Shown in pieces: positions 35,292-44,749 of a stretch of 64,000 nucleotides of DNA. The stretch is from assembly GCA_029260265.1 (NCBI GenBank), contig JAJDDO010000024.1:433458-497457 (forward strand), given 5' to 3'. Within the stretch, counting starts at the first letter, position 1, and each line of letters opens with the position of its first letter. The translations under genes were made by a program, and so were the position numbers. Under the pieces are notes generated by a model. It had not been told where the DNA came from. It did no database searches and saw only the letters and a program-made list of their open reading frames with translations. This DNA comes from Phycisphaerales bacterium (GTDB taxonomy: Bacteria; Planctomycetota; Phycisphaerae; Phycisphaerales; UBA1924).

Positions 35292-37601
35292 CTAGGCGAG
35301 ACGCAAGAACTTGCGCCCGGCCCATTCGACGCTGACGAGCAAGATCAGCATCAACAGAGCGACAGGTCGGTCCCACAGCGGCACCCGCTCCGGAGGCAAA
35401 GAGATCGTCCGGGCGCGATTGGGCAGCATCGACGGGATCTGAGCAAACTCATCGGCGGGGATCAGTCCCCCTCCGGTTTGCTCAGCGAGATCGGCAAGGA
35501 ATGGATGGTTGGTATCGAGTGTACGCCTCTCATCGGAATGCTCGAGCACGGTGACGGTGGTAGAGACCGAAGCGAGCAGCGGGTCGGTTGAGTCCAGTGA
35601 GATCTGGTACTGCCCGGATTCAATCGGCACCCATGTTCCCAGCCTTGTGCGATCGCGACCCTGGAGGACCGCCTGGTCGGGGGTATCCTTGGAGCCGATG
35701 CGGGTGATCTTTGCTTCTATCAACTCGGGGATGGTGTCCACGAGTGCTTGATCGAGGAGTTCGGTGACGACTTGCACCGGCTTGCCCGGCTCTGGGAGTG
35801 AGGGTGAGGCTCGCAAGAGTGCCGGGGCGCTCCCGCGTGCGATTGCTCCACGCGCGAGCATCCTGATCATGGGCAGCCAGAACCGTTCGGGCAGGTCCTC
35901 GCCCCGCCCGTAGCGCCAGCGCCAGATTTCGTCGGTTCCAACATACCCAACCTGCCCCCCGCCGTAACGCATCGTAATGACCGCTGCGCTCGATCCGGCG
36001 CTCTGATCAATCGGGTGGGCGGTGGCGAGCACCGACGCGCCGGGCTTGAGGGTATCAAAGTCAATCTGTTGCACAAGGTGCAGCTGAGACCATCCTGTAT
36101 CCGGATCCGTCAGCCTTGGTTCCCACCCGGCATGACCGAGTTGAAGAATGCCCAATCGATCGGCTTCATGTGTCGAACTGAGCGTGACGGGCTGATTCCA
36201 GCCTCGGATCGCGGGGCGATCCTGCGCGGGTTGTCGCATCGGCAGCAAACCCGCAGCGGGTGAATCGAGCCATGACGACGGGGTCGCGCTCGGGCCGCCG
36301 ATCCACAGCAGCCCCGCCCCGTGGTCTGCGATGTGATCGAGGAGCCCGTGGATCTGTTCGGGTGTGAAGAGTTCGGCGCGGACATCGCCGAGGATGATCA
36401 CATCGTAAGGCGACCACTGCTCTTTGGTGGTGGGGAGGTAATCGATGATGACATCGCCGTCTTGTTTATATCTCCGATCCGACGCCAGAAGCATCGAGGT
36501 CGATTCAATCGAGCCCTCGCGGCTCAGCATGTTCTTGAGGTACCGCTGCTCCCAGCGCGGGTACCCGTCCACATACAGCACACGAAGCGGGCGATCAACC
36601 ACCTCGAGCGTGATTGATGAGCGGTTGTTCTCTGGGTTGAGATCCGCGTTCGCGCCGGTGTTGATCACGATATCAATCCGCGATTCGCCCGGTGTGTCCA
36701 GCGAATGCAGCAGCGTAACTTGTGAGGTCGAGTGATCATCAAAGTCACCCGGATCGACGCGCTGAGAGGCGACCACTTCGCCTGTTGCGTGGTCGATCAG
36801 TTCGATATCAATCGCGCCCGCGCTCGCATCGATGCCCGACCAGCTCAGATCTACCCGCACCGGCGTACGATCGTCGGCAAAGACCAGCCCAGGAGCTTGC
36901 ACGCGGGAGATCGATAGATCGCGGATCGGCTCGGGTGAACCCAGAGGCACCGCAAAGACTCCGATCGATCGATTGCTGAGGTCTGTGATCAACCCCGGCC
37001 CGATCGTGTCGGTTGATTGCCCGTCGGAAACCACAACGATGCCCGCGATGGGCTGCCCGCGGTGCTCATCGAGCGCGCTTGAAAGAGCAGCACCGATGCC
37101 AGATCCCTTGCCTCCAATTTCGGGCATCTGTGTGGGCACCGGGCCTTGAGTGAGCAAGCTTGCCCGGTCATTGAATCCGTACCAGCTCACCTGCTTTGCT
37201 TCTGAGAGTGCTGCCCAATCATCTCCAGACTCTCTGAGTATATCCGCAAGCTGAACTTGGCGTGTCCGCCCATTCTTATCCGGTGTGTTAAGCGATCCCG
37301 AGCGATCAAGCATGACCAGCACCGTGTCGCGCTCGGTGTGCATGGTGATCCGTTCGAGCATCGGCCCGCTTGCAAGCACCAGCAAGAGGATCACAAGAAC
37401 GCCGCGCGAAACTCCCAGAACCGAGCGGGTTGGTCTTGATCCCGTCAAACCGCGGTACGACCACCAGCAAAGCACGCCGAGCGCCATCGCCGCGAGCACC
37501 CATGCCCAAGCGCCGAATGGGTGGAGGAAGACAAACTCGGTGCCGGGTGAACCGAATCCGATGCCATCGAGCCCGAGGATTTTGTTCAGGAATGCGTTCA
37601 T
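35292..37601 (-). CDS. Membrane protein with vWA-like and GATase1-like (DUF1355/ThuA-like) regions
   Basis: 769 aa. N-terminal TMs, MIDAS-like VLVMLDRSGS, later LRVLYVDGYPRWEQRYL...YDVIILGDV...GAGLLWIGG, and a C-terminal TM. Confidence 0.7.
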   Translation of the reverse strand: MNAFLNKILGLDGIGFGSPGTEFVFLHPFGAWAWVLAAMALGVLCWWSYRGLTGSRPTRSVLGVSRGVLVILLLVLASGPMLERITMHTERDTVLVMLDRSGSLNTPDKNGRTRQVQLADILRESGDDWAALSEAKQVSWYGFNDRASLLTQGPVPTQMPEIGGKGSGIGAALSSALDEHRGQPIAGIVVVSDGQSTDTIGPGLITDLSNRSIGVFAVPLGSPEPIRDLSISRVQAPGLVFADDRTPVRVDLSWSGIDASAGAIDIELIDHATGEVVASQRVDPGDFDDHSTSQVTLLHSLDTPGESRIDIVINTGANADLNPENNRSSITLEVVDRPLRVLYVDGYPRWEQRYLKNMLSREGSIESTSMLLASDRRYKQDGDVIIDYLPTTKEQWSPYDVIILGDVRAELFTPEQIHGLLDHIADHGAGLLWIGGPSATPSSWLDSPAAGLLPMRQPAQDRPAIRGWNQPVTLSSTHEADRLGILQLGHAGWEPRLTDPDTGWSQLHLVQQIDFDTLKPGASVLATAHPIDQSAGSSAAVITMRYGGGQVGYVGTDEIWRWRYGRGEDLPERFWLPMIRMLARGAIARGSAPALLRASPSLPEPGKPVQVVTELLDQALVDTIPELIEAKITRIGSKDTPDQAVLQGRDRTRLGTWVPIESGQYQISLDSTDPLLASVSTTVTVLEHSDERRTLDTNHPFLADLAEQTGGGLIPADEFAQIPSMLPNRARTISLPPERVPLWDRPVALLMLILLVSVEWAGRKFLRLA

Positions 37602-39751
37602 CTCGCCCCCCCCGCATCGAGGCTCGTTGAGCTGAACGAGAACAGGCGCGCAAGAGTAAGTTCAACCAGACCAAGCAGGGCTGCAGCCAAAAAAATCAAC
37701 GCCGCAAACCCAAATCCGGACCCCGCAACAGCGAGCGATTCGGCTTTGTTCGTGCCATCAGGAGTGGATGGGTCATCGAGAATCCAGTCAATCGCCTCGA
37801 ACTGAAACGCGCGTGTGATCTGTTCGCCGAGCGTGTCCTTGGAGATCGTCGTGGTGTCCGTTCCCAGATCGTCCGGATTGATCGCGATGATCGAGCGGGC
37901 AGCCCCTTGGTCATCGAGCGCGGCAAAGAGCCCGCTGCTCCGCGTGGGATCTTCAGATTGAGCGTTCGCCCGTTCAACGAGCGGGCGAAGGAACGCGTAT
38001 CGGGATGTGCTGTTTGTGACTTGGCGACCGGCGATGCCTTGGTCGTTTGCGCCTGATCCGCCGACGCTCTGGCGAACGAGTTCCTGGATCATCGGCACGA
38101 AGAGCGGACGCGCGGGCAGATCGGTCCATCCGAGATCAATCGCCGAGCTGAGCAAAATCAGCGATCCTTGCTGGTGGTTGAGCTGCACGATAAACGGCGA
38201 GCCATCGTCCAAAGACACAACCGCTTGCGCGTCATGAATCGTTGAAAGATCAATCGACTTCGTGATCCTGACCGAGCGTGCTAGCAGCGCAAACTCCGCT
38301 TCTAACGCACCGAGCGTAGCCGAGCCTGGAAGTGATTCAGACAACGCGATCGCGGGATCATGGGTCGTTGGGATGAGGATCTCGGCGGGGCTCTCTACGC
38401 CGAGCTGTGATAGTTCGCCGATCCAATCGGCGCTCGGCGCGTCGCTGTCTGGCGTGATAATGATTGCTAGCCCGTTGCGGGCGGCATTGGCGATGGCTGC
38501 CCATGAATCAGTGGTCAACGCGTTGGGGGCGAGCACGATCAAGGCGTCGATTTCGTAGAGCCTCGGGCTGGAGATCCGCAGCGGGTCGACAAACACCAGG
38601 TCTATCGGCGAGGTGTCGCTTGGAGCGAGCGCGGCGCGGAGCGCGGTCGCCGCCGAGATGGTGCCTGTGGTAGAGCTGTTGCGAGTTGATTCGATGACCC
38701 CGACCTGCAGCCGTTGGCGGAGCCGAATAATGCACGCGCCTGCATTATCGCGAGGATTGGCATCGTCATCAATTGTTGCGATCACCGCTGATGACCCGGC
38801 GCGAAGTGTGCTCAGCGCGTTTGGGCGGATCGGCACCACGACAGAACCGGTGGCGACCGATGCTTCCCACCGATGGCTGCCCGTCGCGATAGTCACGCCC
38901 GAGTTGGCATCGGTGATCGTGATGCCGGTGATCGAATCTTCGAGCGGGCCGGATCGTTGCAGCGAGATACGAACACTCAGCGGCATGGCGGCGGCCGAAT
39001 CGTCGAGCCTCATCGCACGCGATGGCGTCACCGATGTGATCGCGGTATTGGCGGCGGGGGCACCGCCCGGTGCTCGGATCTCGATGGCATCGAACCGATC
39101 AGACAACGATGGACCATCGAGTGTGCCGAAGGACGATTGATCAAGCCCTCGAAATGCAGACAGAAGAAGCAATCCTGACCGGGTTGATTCATCCTCTTGC
39201 GGCTCTTGTGCGCCGATGAGATCGATCATCCCAGCATAATCCGCCGAGCTATCCACCGGCTTGCTCGCGTTGATCGCAGCCCGCACAGCATCGAGATCGG
39301 TCGTCGGGCGCATGATCGGCGCGCTCGCCGGCGAGCCGAGTGTGATCAAGGCTGCCCGGTCTCCACGAGAAGCGTCGAGTTGATCAATCGCACGGAGGGC
39401 GGCTTGCTTTGAACGCGCGAGCTCTGTCTGATCACCAACGATCAAGGCAGAGCCAATTGAGTTGTCGAGCACAATCGTCACCGAACGCGGGGCATCCGAA
39501 CTCGAGACCGATCCGAAGAGCACGCCCCCAACACCCACAGCGATCAACGCGACAAGGATGCACCGGGTCGCAAGCAATATCAACTGCTCGATCGTGAGGA
39601 TCCGCTTGCGTTTGCGGTACGCATGTTCGAGGAATCGCATCGCGCCCCAGGTAACCGGTTTGCGTTTGCGTCGAAGCAGGTGGATGATGATCGGGATCGC
39701 GATGCACGCGAGCCCGATGCCGAACAGCACAGGATGGAGAATCGACAACAT
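37598..39751 (-). CDS. BatA-type protein (aerotolerance-regulator N-terminal double-TM domain)
   Basis: 717 aa. MLSILHPVLFGIGLACIAIPIIIHLLRRKRKP...FLEHAY matches the BatA_N pattern. Degenerate vWA-like segment VTIVLDNSIGS. C-terminal TM. Confidence 0.75.
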   Translation of the reverse strand: MLSILHPVLFGIGLACIAIPIIIHLLRRKRKPVTWGAMRFLEHAYRKRKRILTIEQLILLATRCILVALIAVGVGGVLFGSVSSSDAPRSVTIVLDNSIGSALIVGDQTELARSKQAALRAIDQLDASRGDRAALITLGSPASAPIMRPTTDLDAVRAAINASKPVDSSADYAGMIDLIGAQEPQEDESTRSGLLLLSAFRGLDQSSFGTLDGPSLSDRFDAIEIRAPGGAPAANTAITSVTPSRAMRLDDSAAAMPLSVRISLQRSGPLEDSITGITITDANSGVTIATGSHRWEASVATGSVVVPIRPNALSTLRAGSSAVIATIDDDANPRDNAGACIIRLRQRLQVGVIESTRNSSTTGTISAATALRAALAPSDTSPIDLVFVDPLRISSPRLYEIDALIVLAPNALTTDSWAAIANAARNGLAIIITPDSDAPSADWIGELSQLGVESPAEILIPTTHDPAIALSESLPGSATLGALEAEFALLARSVRITKSIDLSTIHDAQAVVSLDDGSPFIVQLNHQQGSLILLSSAIDLGWTDLPARPLFVPMIQELVRQSVGGSGANDQGIAGRQVTNSTSRYAFLRPLVERANAQSEDPTRSSGLFAALDDQGAARSIIAINPDDLGTDTTTISKDTLGEQITRAFQFEAIDWILDDPSTPDGTNKAESLAVAGSGFGFAALIFLAAALLGLVELTLARLFSFSSTSLDAGGAR

Positions 39752-39757
39752 GCCCGG

Positions 39758-40768
39758 TTACCTCGGTGTCTTTCTACGCGACGCATCGTTGCGCCGTGCA
39801 ACAAACGATGCGAGCGTTGGCCCGAGCCAGGTGTGTGTATCAATAACATGGTGATCGAATCCGAACGAGCGGGCAGCAGCCGCAACACGCTCTATGTGCT
39901 CATTGATCGCACTCAGGTATTCATCGCGGAGCGCACGCGGGTCGATCCGGATCGTCGGCTCCTCCTCGAGCCCCACAAACGCGGCCGGGTCGTCGAAGCG
40001 GAATGTCGTTTCCGCACGATCGAGCACCTGAAACGCGATCAGATCGTGCCCTCGGTGCTTGACCTTGGCAAAGGCCGAGCGGATCTCCTCGGGATCGTCG
40101 AACAGGTCAGACACGACCACAATCAGGCACCGGTTGGAGACCTCCGCGAGGGTCTGGTCAATTGACCGCGAGAGATTGCCCTCATTCTGGATCGGCTGGG
40201 CCGCCAACGCATCAACGATCTGTTTCCATGCCGATTTTCGTGCGGTCCGCGCGACCATCGAGCGGATCTCATCGGCGTACACCACCAGCCCGACGCGATC
40301 CCCCTGATGAATGGTAATGTGGGTGAGCGCGGCTGCGATCGCGGTCGCGTGGTCGAACTTCGACCAGTTCGGACGCCCATCGGGTGCGGTCGCCAGATGC
40401 GAGCCCGATGCTTCAGAAAACAATCGGGACCCGAAGCGCATCGAGCCCGAGGAATCGACCATGACGACAAGGTCGAGGTTGGTTTCCTGTTGATACTGCT
40501 TGACCTGCAGCTTGTCGGTGCGGGCGTAAACCTTCCAGTCAAGGTGGCGGAGGTCGTCGCCGGCGACATAGGGGCGGTGCTGAGCGAACTCGATCGAGAC
40601 TCCGGTGTATGGCGAGCGATGCTGCCCGGACATGACACCCTCGACGATCATCTTGGCGCGAAGTTCCATGGTGGAGAGCCGCGCGAGGGTCTGGGGGTGG
40701 AGGTAGAGGTGCGGATCGGTCCGCCCATTGACGGGGGTCTGCTCAGAAGTGGGAGGGTCGGCGGGCAT
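39758..40768 (-). CDS. DUF58-family protein (vWA-like, usual MoxR partner)
   Basis: 336 aa. GQHRSPYTGVSIEFAQHRPYVAGDDLRHLDWKVYARTDKLQVKQY and VVMVDSSGSM are the canonical DUF58 blocks. Confidence 0.85.
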   Translation of the reverse strand: MPADPPTSEQTPVNGRTDPHLYLHPQTLARLSTMELRAKMIVEGVMSGQHRSPYTGVSIEFAQHRPYVAGDDLRHLDWKVYARTDKLQVKQYQQETNLDLVVMVDSSGSMRFGSRLFSEASGSHLATAPDGRPNWSKFDHATAIAAALTHITIHQGDRVGLVVYADEIRSMVARTARKSAWKQIVDALAAQPIQNEGNLSRSIDQTLAEVSNRCLIVVVSDLFDDPEEIRSAFAKVKHRGHDLIAFQVLDRAETTFRFDDPAAFVGLEEEPTIRIDPRALRDEYLSAINEHIERVAAAARSFGFDHHVIDTHTWLGPTLASFVARRNDASRRKTPR

Positions 40769-40866
40769 GTGTCTCTATGGTACCGGTGTTCATTGGATCG
40801 GCTGCTGATTCTTGGTGTATATATTGTTTGTGCGCAAAGACTGTGCATCGCCGATACCATGGCACC

Positions 40867-41988
40867 ATGGCAACTATCCAAGATCGTGTACCCGTATCCC
40901 AAATCAAACGCATCGCTGTCCTCACCGGGGGCGGGGATTGCCCGGGGCTCAACGCCGTCATCCGGGCGGTGGTCAAGGACGCAATCAACTGCGGCATCGA
41001 GGTCTATGGCATCGAGGACGGATTCCTCGGGCTGATCGAAGACCGGATCAGGCTGCTGAACCTGGATGATGTGTCCAATATCCTCACTATGGGCGGGACG
41101 ATCCTGGGGTCGAACAACAAATCCAACCCGCAGAGGTACCCGGTCGGCAAGAACGAGGATGGAACCCCGAAGTTCAAGGATCTGACCGATGTCTGCGTGA
41201 CCCACCTGCAGATCCGAAAAATTGAAGCGCTGGTTGTCATCGGTGGCGATGGCACCATGTCAGCAGCCAAGCCGATCGCCGACAAGGGCATCAACTGCAT
41301 CGGCGTGCCCAAAACCATTGATAACGATCTGCACGGCACCGATATCACCTTTGGGTTCCAGACCGCCGTCATGGTTGCGACCGAAGCGCTCGACCGGGTG
41401 CACTCAACCGCAGCAAGCCATCACCGCGTGATGGTGGTGGAACTGATGGGCCGCAATGCGGGATGGATCACGCTGCACGCGGGTCTCGCATCGGGTTCTG
41501 ATGTGATTCTGATCCCCGAGATCGAGTTCGATGTGGACAAGGTCTGCGAGTATTGCCTCTGGCGTTCGCAGCGCGGCAAGCGGTTCACCATCATCGCGGT
41601 CTCCGAGGGCGCCAAGCCCAAGGACGGCGAGCAGATCGTCGAACGCGTCGATCTGAGCTCCCCGGATCCGATCCGGCTCGGCGGGATTGCCAAGTGGCTC
41701 AGCGAACAGATCGAAGAAAAAACAGAAATCGAATCACGATATGTCGTCCTCGGTCACACCCAGCGTGGCGGCACGCCGGTCGCAGGCGATCGAGTGCTGG
41801 CGACCCAGTTCGGGCACCACGCGATGCAACTGCTCAAAATGGGCAAGACCAACCGCCTGGTTGTCATGCAGGGCGGGCACCTCGGCGATGTCGAGATCAC
41901 CAGCGCCGCCGACAAGCAAAGGCTTGTCCCCAAAGATCATCCGCTGATCAAGACCGCCAAGAGCGTCTACACCTGCTTCGGTGATTGA
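40867..41988 (+). CDS. pfkA: 6-phosphofructokinase (ATP-dependent type by GGDG motif)
   Basis: ATG at 40867 gives MATIQDRV...IAVLTGGGDCPGLNAVIRAVV, VVIGGDGTMS, PKTIDNDL, MGRNAGW and GHTQRGG. Confidence 0.88.
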   Translation: MATIQDRVPVSQIKRIAVLTGGGDCPGLNAVIRAVVKDAINCGIEVYGIEDGFLGLIEDRIRLLNLDDVSNILTMGGTILGSNNKSNPQRYPVGKNEDGTPKFKDLTDVCVTHLQIRKIEALVVIGGDGTMSAAKPIADKGINCIGVPKTIDNDLHGTDITFGFQTAVMVATEALDRVHSTAASHHRVMVVELMGRNAGWITLHAGLASGSDVILIPEIEFDVDKVCEYCLWRSQRGKRFTIIAVSEGAKPKDGEQIVERVDLSSPDPIRLGGIAKWLSEQIEEKTEIESRYVVLGHTQRGGTPVAGDRVLATQFGHHAMQLLKMGKTNRLVVMQGGHLGDVEITSAADKQRLVPKDHPLIKTAKSVYTCFGD

Positions 41989-41994
41989 TTCAGA

Positions 41995-42867
41995 TCAGGG
42001 GCAGCCGGCGTTGTAGAGATCCAGGAATGCGAAGATGTCCTGCAGGTTGAAATCGCCTTCGCCGGTGAGGTCAGCAGCAGGGTTCATCGCGTTGAAGTCT
42101 GCAAGGTATGCAAAGATATCTTGAAGATTGAGTAGCTCATCCATGTTGTAGTCGGCTGCGCACGCATCGGGCTCGATGATGAAGTTCGCTGTAAAGCTGC
42201 CGGTGGTCAACGGGGTCTCAAGCGAACCGAGCCCGCTGTGTGAGAGTATGAATGTGATGCGGTAGTTGCCGGTGGGCGAGTCGAGTGGGAGGGTGAAATC
42301 GAATGTTTCACCGTCGTGATCGTGGTCTTGAATAGGAGTCTGGATTCCACCGCCGACAATGCCGCCGCCCGGTGTGGTTTCTTTGTTGAAATCGACACGG
42401 CCGGTGTAGTTGATGGGCGAGGTCCCTTCGTTGAAGAGACTGCCGGTGAATCGTACGGATCCGGTATCCGTGGTGAAGAAATCATACTCGAAGATGCTCG
42501 ACATGGTGTTGCCGAAGCGGTGGGCGGCTGGTTCTTTGATGGCTTGATTTCCAGAAAACCCACAGCTGGCGGTGAAGGTACCCGATGAGCCGCTGGTGAA
42601 GCTGGCGATGCCGTCGCTGTGGGTCTCGAATGATCCGTCAGGTGTATTCAGTGAAGCAAACACATTCACTAGCCCGAGCGTGTTGTTGGCTGCGCCCTGA
42701 TCGTCGGAGGCCGTTTCTTCGTCGCTGAGTTCAACAACGGTCAGGTGAGTCCTTGCCATGCATTCAACACTCGAACTCACGGGCGTGACATCGCCGAGCG
42801 CGGACGCCGAAACCATCCCCAAAGCGATTCCAGCCGCGCCAATGCGATAAAGATAAACGGTCTGCAT
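41995..42867 (-). CDS. Secreted protein with C-terminal tandem dockerin/EF-hand-like repeats ending in GCP (GC-type dockerin-like anchor)
   Basis: ATG at 42867 after AAGAGGGGA. Signal-like MQTVYLYRIGAAGIALGMVSASALG. The C-terminus CAADYNMDELLNLQDIFAYLADFNAMNPAADLTGEGDFNLQDIFAFLDLYNAGCP contains two NLQDIFA(Y/F)L repeats. Confidence 0.7.
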   Translation of the reverse strand: MQTVYLYRIGAAGIALGMVSASALGDVTPVSSSVECMARTHLTVVELSDEETASDDQGAANNTLGLVNVFASLNTPDGSFETHSDGIASFTSGSSGTFTASCGFSGNQAIKEPAAHRFGNTMSSIFEYDFFTTDTGSVRFTGSLFNEGTSPINYTGRVDFNKETTPGGGIVGGGIQTPIQDHDHDGETFDFTLPLDSPTGNYRITFILSHSGLGSLETPLTTGSFTANFIIEPDACAADYNMDELLNLQDIFAYLADFNAMNPAADLTGEGDFNLQDIFAFLDLYNAGCP

Positions 42868-42983
42868 AGTTTCCCCTCTTAAGTCCATCGCAGACGACGC
42901 CCACGCGAGGACGCATCGTAAGGGGAAGTGGGGAACGGTGCAAGGTGATTTTGGTAGAATGGGCAATGCCAGAAAAATGAGGT

Positions 42984-44714
42984 TTAGAACGGCGGCATCT
43001 CATCAGCATCGTTGAACTTGACATCGTTACCTGAACCATCGCGGAAGTTCTCTTCAGGGCCGGTCTTCTTCCCCGGTGCGAAGGTCTGAGGCTTGGGATC
43101 GAAGGTCGGGCCGTCATACCCTGCGTTGCCTGTGCCGCCCCCGCCCATCTCGCGGTTGAACCCGTAGCTGCCCCCGGTATGCAGCCCGTCGTGGGTCTTG
43201 AATCGCACGGTGGAGTTGTCCCAGACCAGCTTGACGGTGCCGGTCGGGCCGTTGCGTTGCTTGGCGATGATCAACTCGGTGAGGTTGAGTTTTTCTCGGT
43301 TGTCCTCGTCGAACTCGACGGATTTGGGATCCCATGCGGGGTCGCCGCGGTGGTAGTACGCCTCGCGGTGCAAGAGCATCACCACATCGGCGTCCTGCTC
43401 GATCGAGCCCGATTCGCGGAGGTCGGACATCTTCGGGCGATTGCCCTCTCGCTGTTCTGCGCCACGGTTGAGCTGAGCGAGGCACAAGACCGGGACCTTG
43501 AGCTCACGCGCGAGAGATTTGATCGAGCGAGAGATCTCCGAGACTTCCACCTGGCGCGATTCCCGCGCTGAGCCCGGCGAAGAGAGCAGCTGCAGGTAAT
43601 CGATCACGATGCACCCGATGTTGTAACGCTGCTTCATCCGCCTCGCTTTGGCGCGCAGGGTGAGGATGGTCATGCCTGGGGTGTCGTCGATGTAGATCGG
43701 TGCATTGGCGAGCTCGTCGCAAGCGCGTTGGAGTTTTTCCCAATCAGAATCCGAGACCTGACCCGAGCGCAGCTTGGAGCTGTCCACGCCCGAGCGGGAG
43801 CTGAGCAGGCGTTGGGTGAGCGAGCCACGGGCCATTTCCAGCGAGAATACCCCGACCGCGATGGGTTTGGCATCGGGCTTGGGCTGCCACGGGGTCGATC
43901 CGCCGAAGGCAACCTGCTCGGCGATGTTCAGCGCGATCGCGGTCTTGCCCATCGACGGGCGGGCCGCCAAGATGGTCATCTCTTCTTTCTGGAATCCTGC
44001 CAGCAGCGTATCGAGGTCATGGAACCCCGAAGGCACGCCGGAGATCAGATTGCCGTCCGCCGCGTCGATCCGCTCCATCTCTTGGTGCAACAGTTCCTTG
44101 AGTGATTCAGGCTCGGCGTTGATGTCTTCCTGCGCGATATCGAAAATTCGTTTCTCAGCCGTGTCGATCACCCCACGCGCCGCGTCCGGTGTACCCCCGC
44201 CCTGGTTGTACGCGTCAAAGAGGATCTCCCCCGCCGCGTCGATCAGCTTGCGCAGCCGGAATGCATCCGCGATCAGCTTGGCGTAAAACGGAGCGTTGAC
44301 CGCGCTGGGCACGGCTTCGGCCAGTTCCATCAAGTAGCTCGTGCCCCCGACCTGGTCGAGCACGCCTCGGGCGCGCAAAGACTCGGCAAGCTGAACGAGG
44401 TCACCCGTCTGGTGCGCCTCGTAGGTATCGAGCAAAGCCTTGAAGATCGCGCCGTGCGATTCCTTGTAGAACACATCCGCGGACGAAACAATCTGCACCA
44501 CATCCATCAGCATCGACGGATCGAGCAGGATCGAACCAAGCAGCGATCGCTCGGCGTCAATATGGTGCGGAGGCGTGCGGTCGAAGAGCTGACCAATATC
44601 GGGAGCTTCCTTCTTGCGCTTGTATGATTTCTTCGATTCGTATGCGGTGGATTCGTTCACAGGGTAAGTATGACCGCCAATCGCTCGCGGGTGGACAACC
44701 GACAGCGAATCCAC
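42984..44714 (-). CDS. dnaB: Replicative DNA helicase DnaB with 69-aa Gly-rich C-terminal extension
   Basis: N-domain AERSLLGSILLDP, Walker A ARPSMGKTA, IAKQRNGPTGTV. After ...STVRFKT come 69 extra residues ending NDADEMPPF. GTG start at 44714; an alternative GTG is at 44657. Confidence 0.92.
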   Translation of the reverse strand: MDSLSVVHPRAIGGHTYPVNESTAYESKKSYKRKKEAPDIGQLFDRTPPHHIDAERSLLGSILLDPSMLMDVVQIVSSADVFYKESHGAIFKALLDTYEAHQTGDLVQLAESLRARGVLDQVGGTSYLMELAEAVPSAVNAPFYAKLIADAFRLRKLIDAAGEILFDAYNQGGGTPDAARGVIDTAEKRIFDIAQEDINAEPESLKELLHQEMERIDAADGNLISGVPSGFHDLDTLLAGFQKEEMTILAARPSMGKTAIALNIAEQVAFGGSTPWQPKPDAKPIAVGVFSLEMARGSLTQRLLSSRSGVDSSKLRSGQVSDSDWEKLQRACDELANAPIYIDDTPGMTILTLRAKARRMKQRYNIGCIVIDYLQLLSSPGSARESRQVEVSEISRSIKSLARELKVPVLCLAQLNRGAEQREGNRPKMSDLRESGSIEQDADVVMLLHREAYYHRGDPAWDPKSVEFDEDNREKLNLTELIIAKQRNGPTGTVKLVWDNSTVRFKTHDGLHTGGSYGFNREMGGGGTGNAGYDGPTFDPKPQTFAPGKKTGPEENFRDGSGNDVKFNDADEMPPF

Positions 44715-44749
44715 CGAACTTTCGGGATATTCATCGCGTATTATTCACT

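Noticed and set aside
40777-40866. N-terminal extensions proposed by the track for pfkA, and similarly for tsf, rpsB, pdxH, asnS, rsmE and the dockerin-like gene
   Set aside because: The conserved protein N-termini and RBS positions support internal starts. The upstream parts translate to low-complexity junk.
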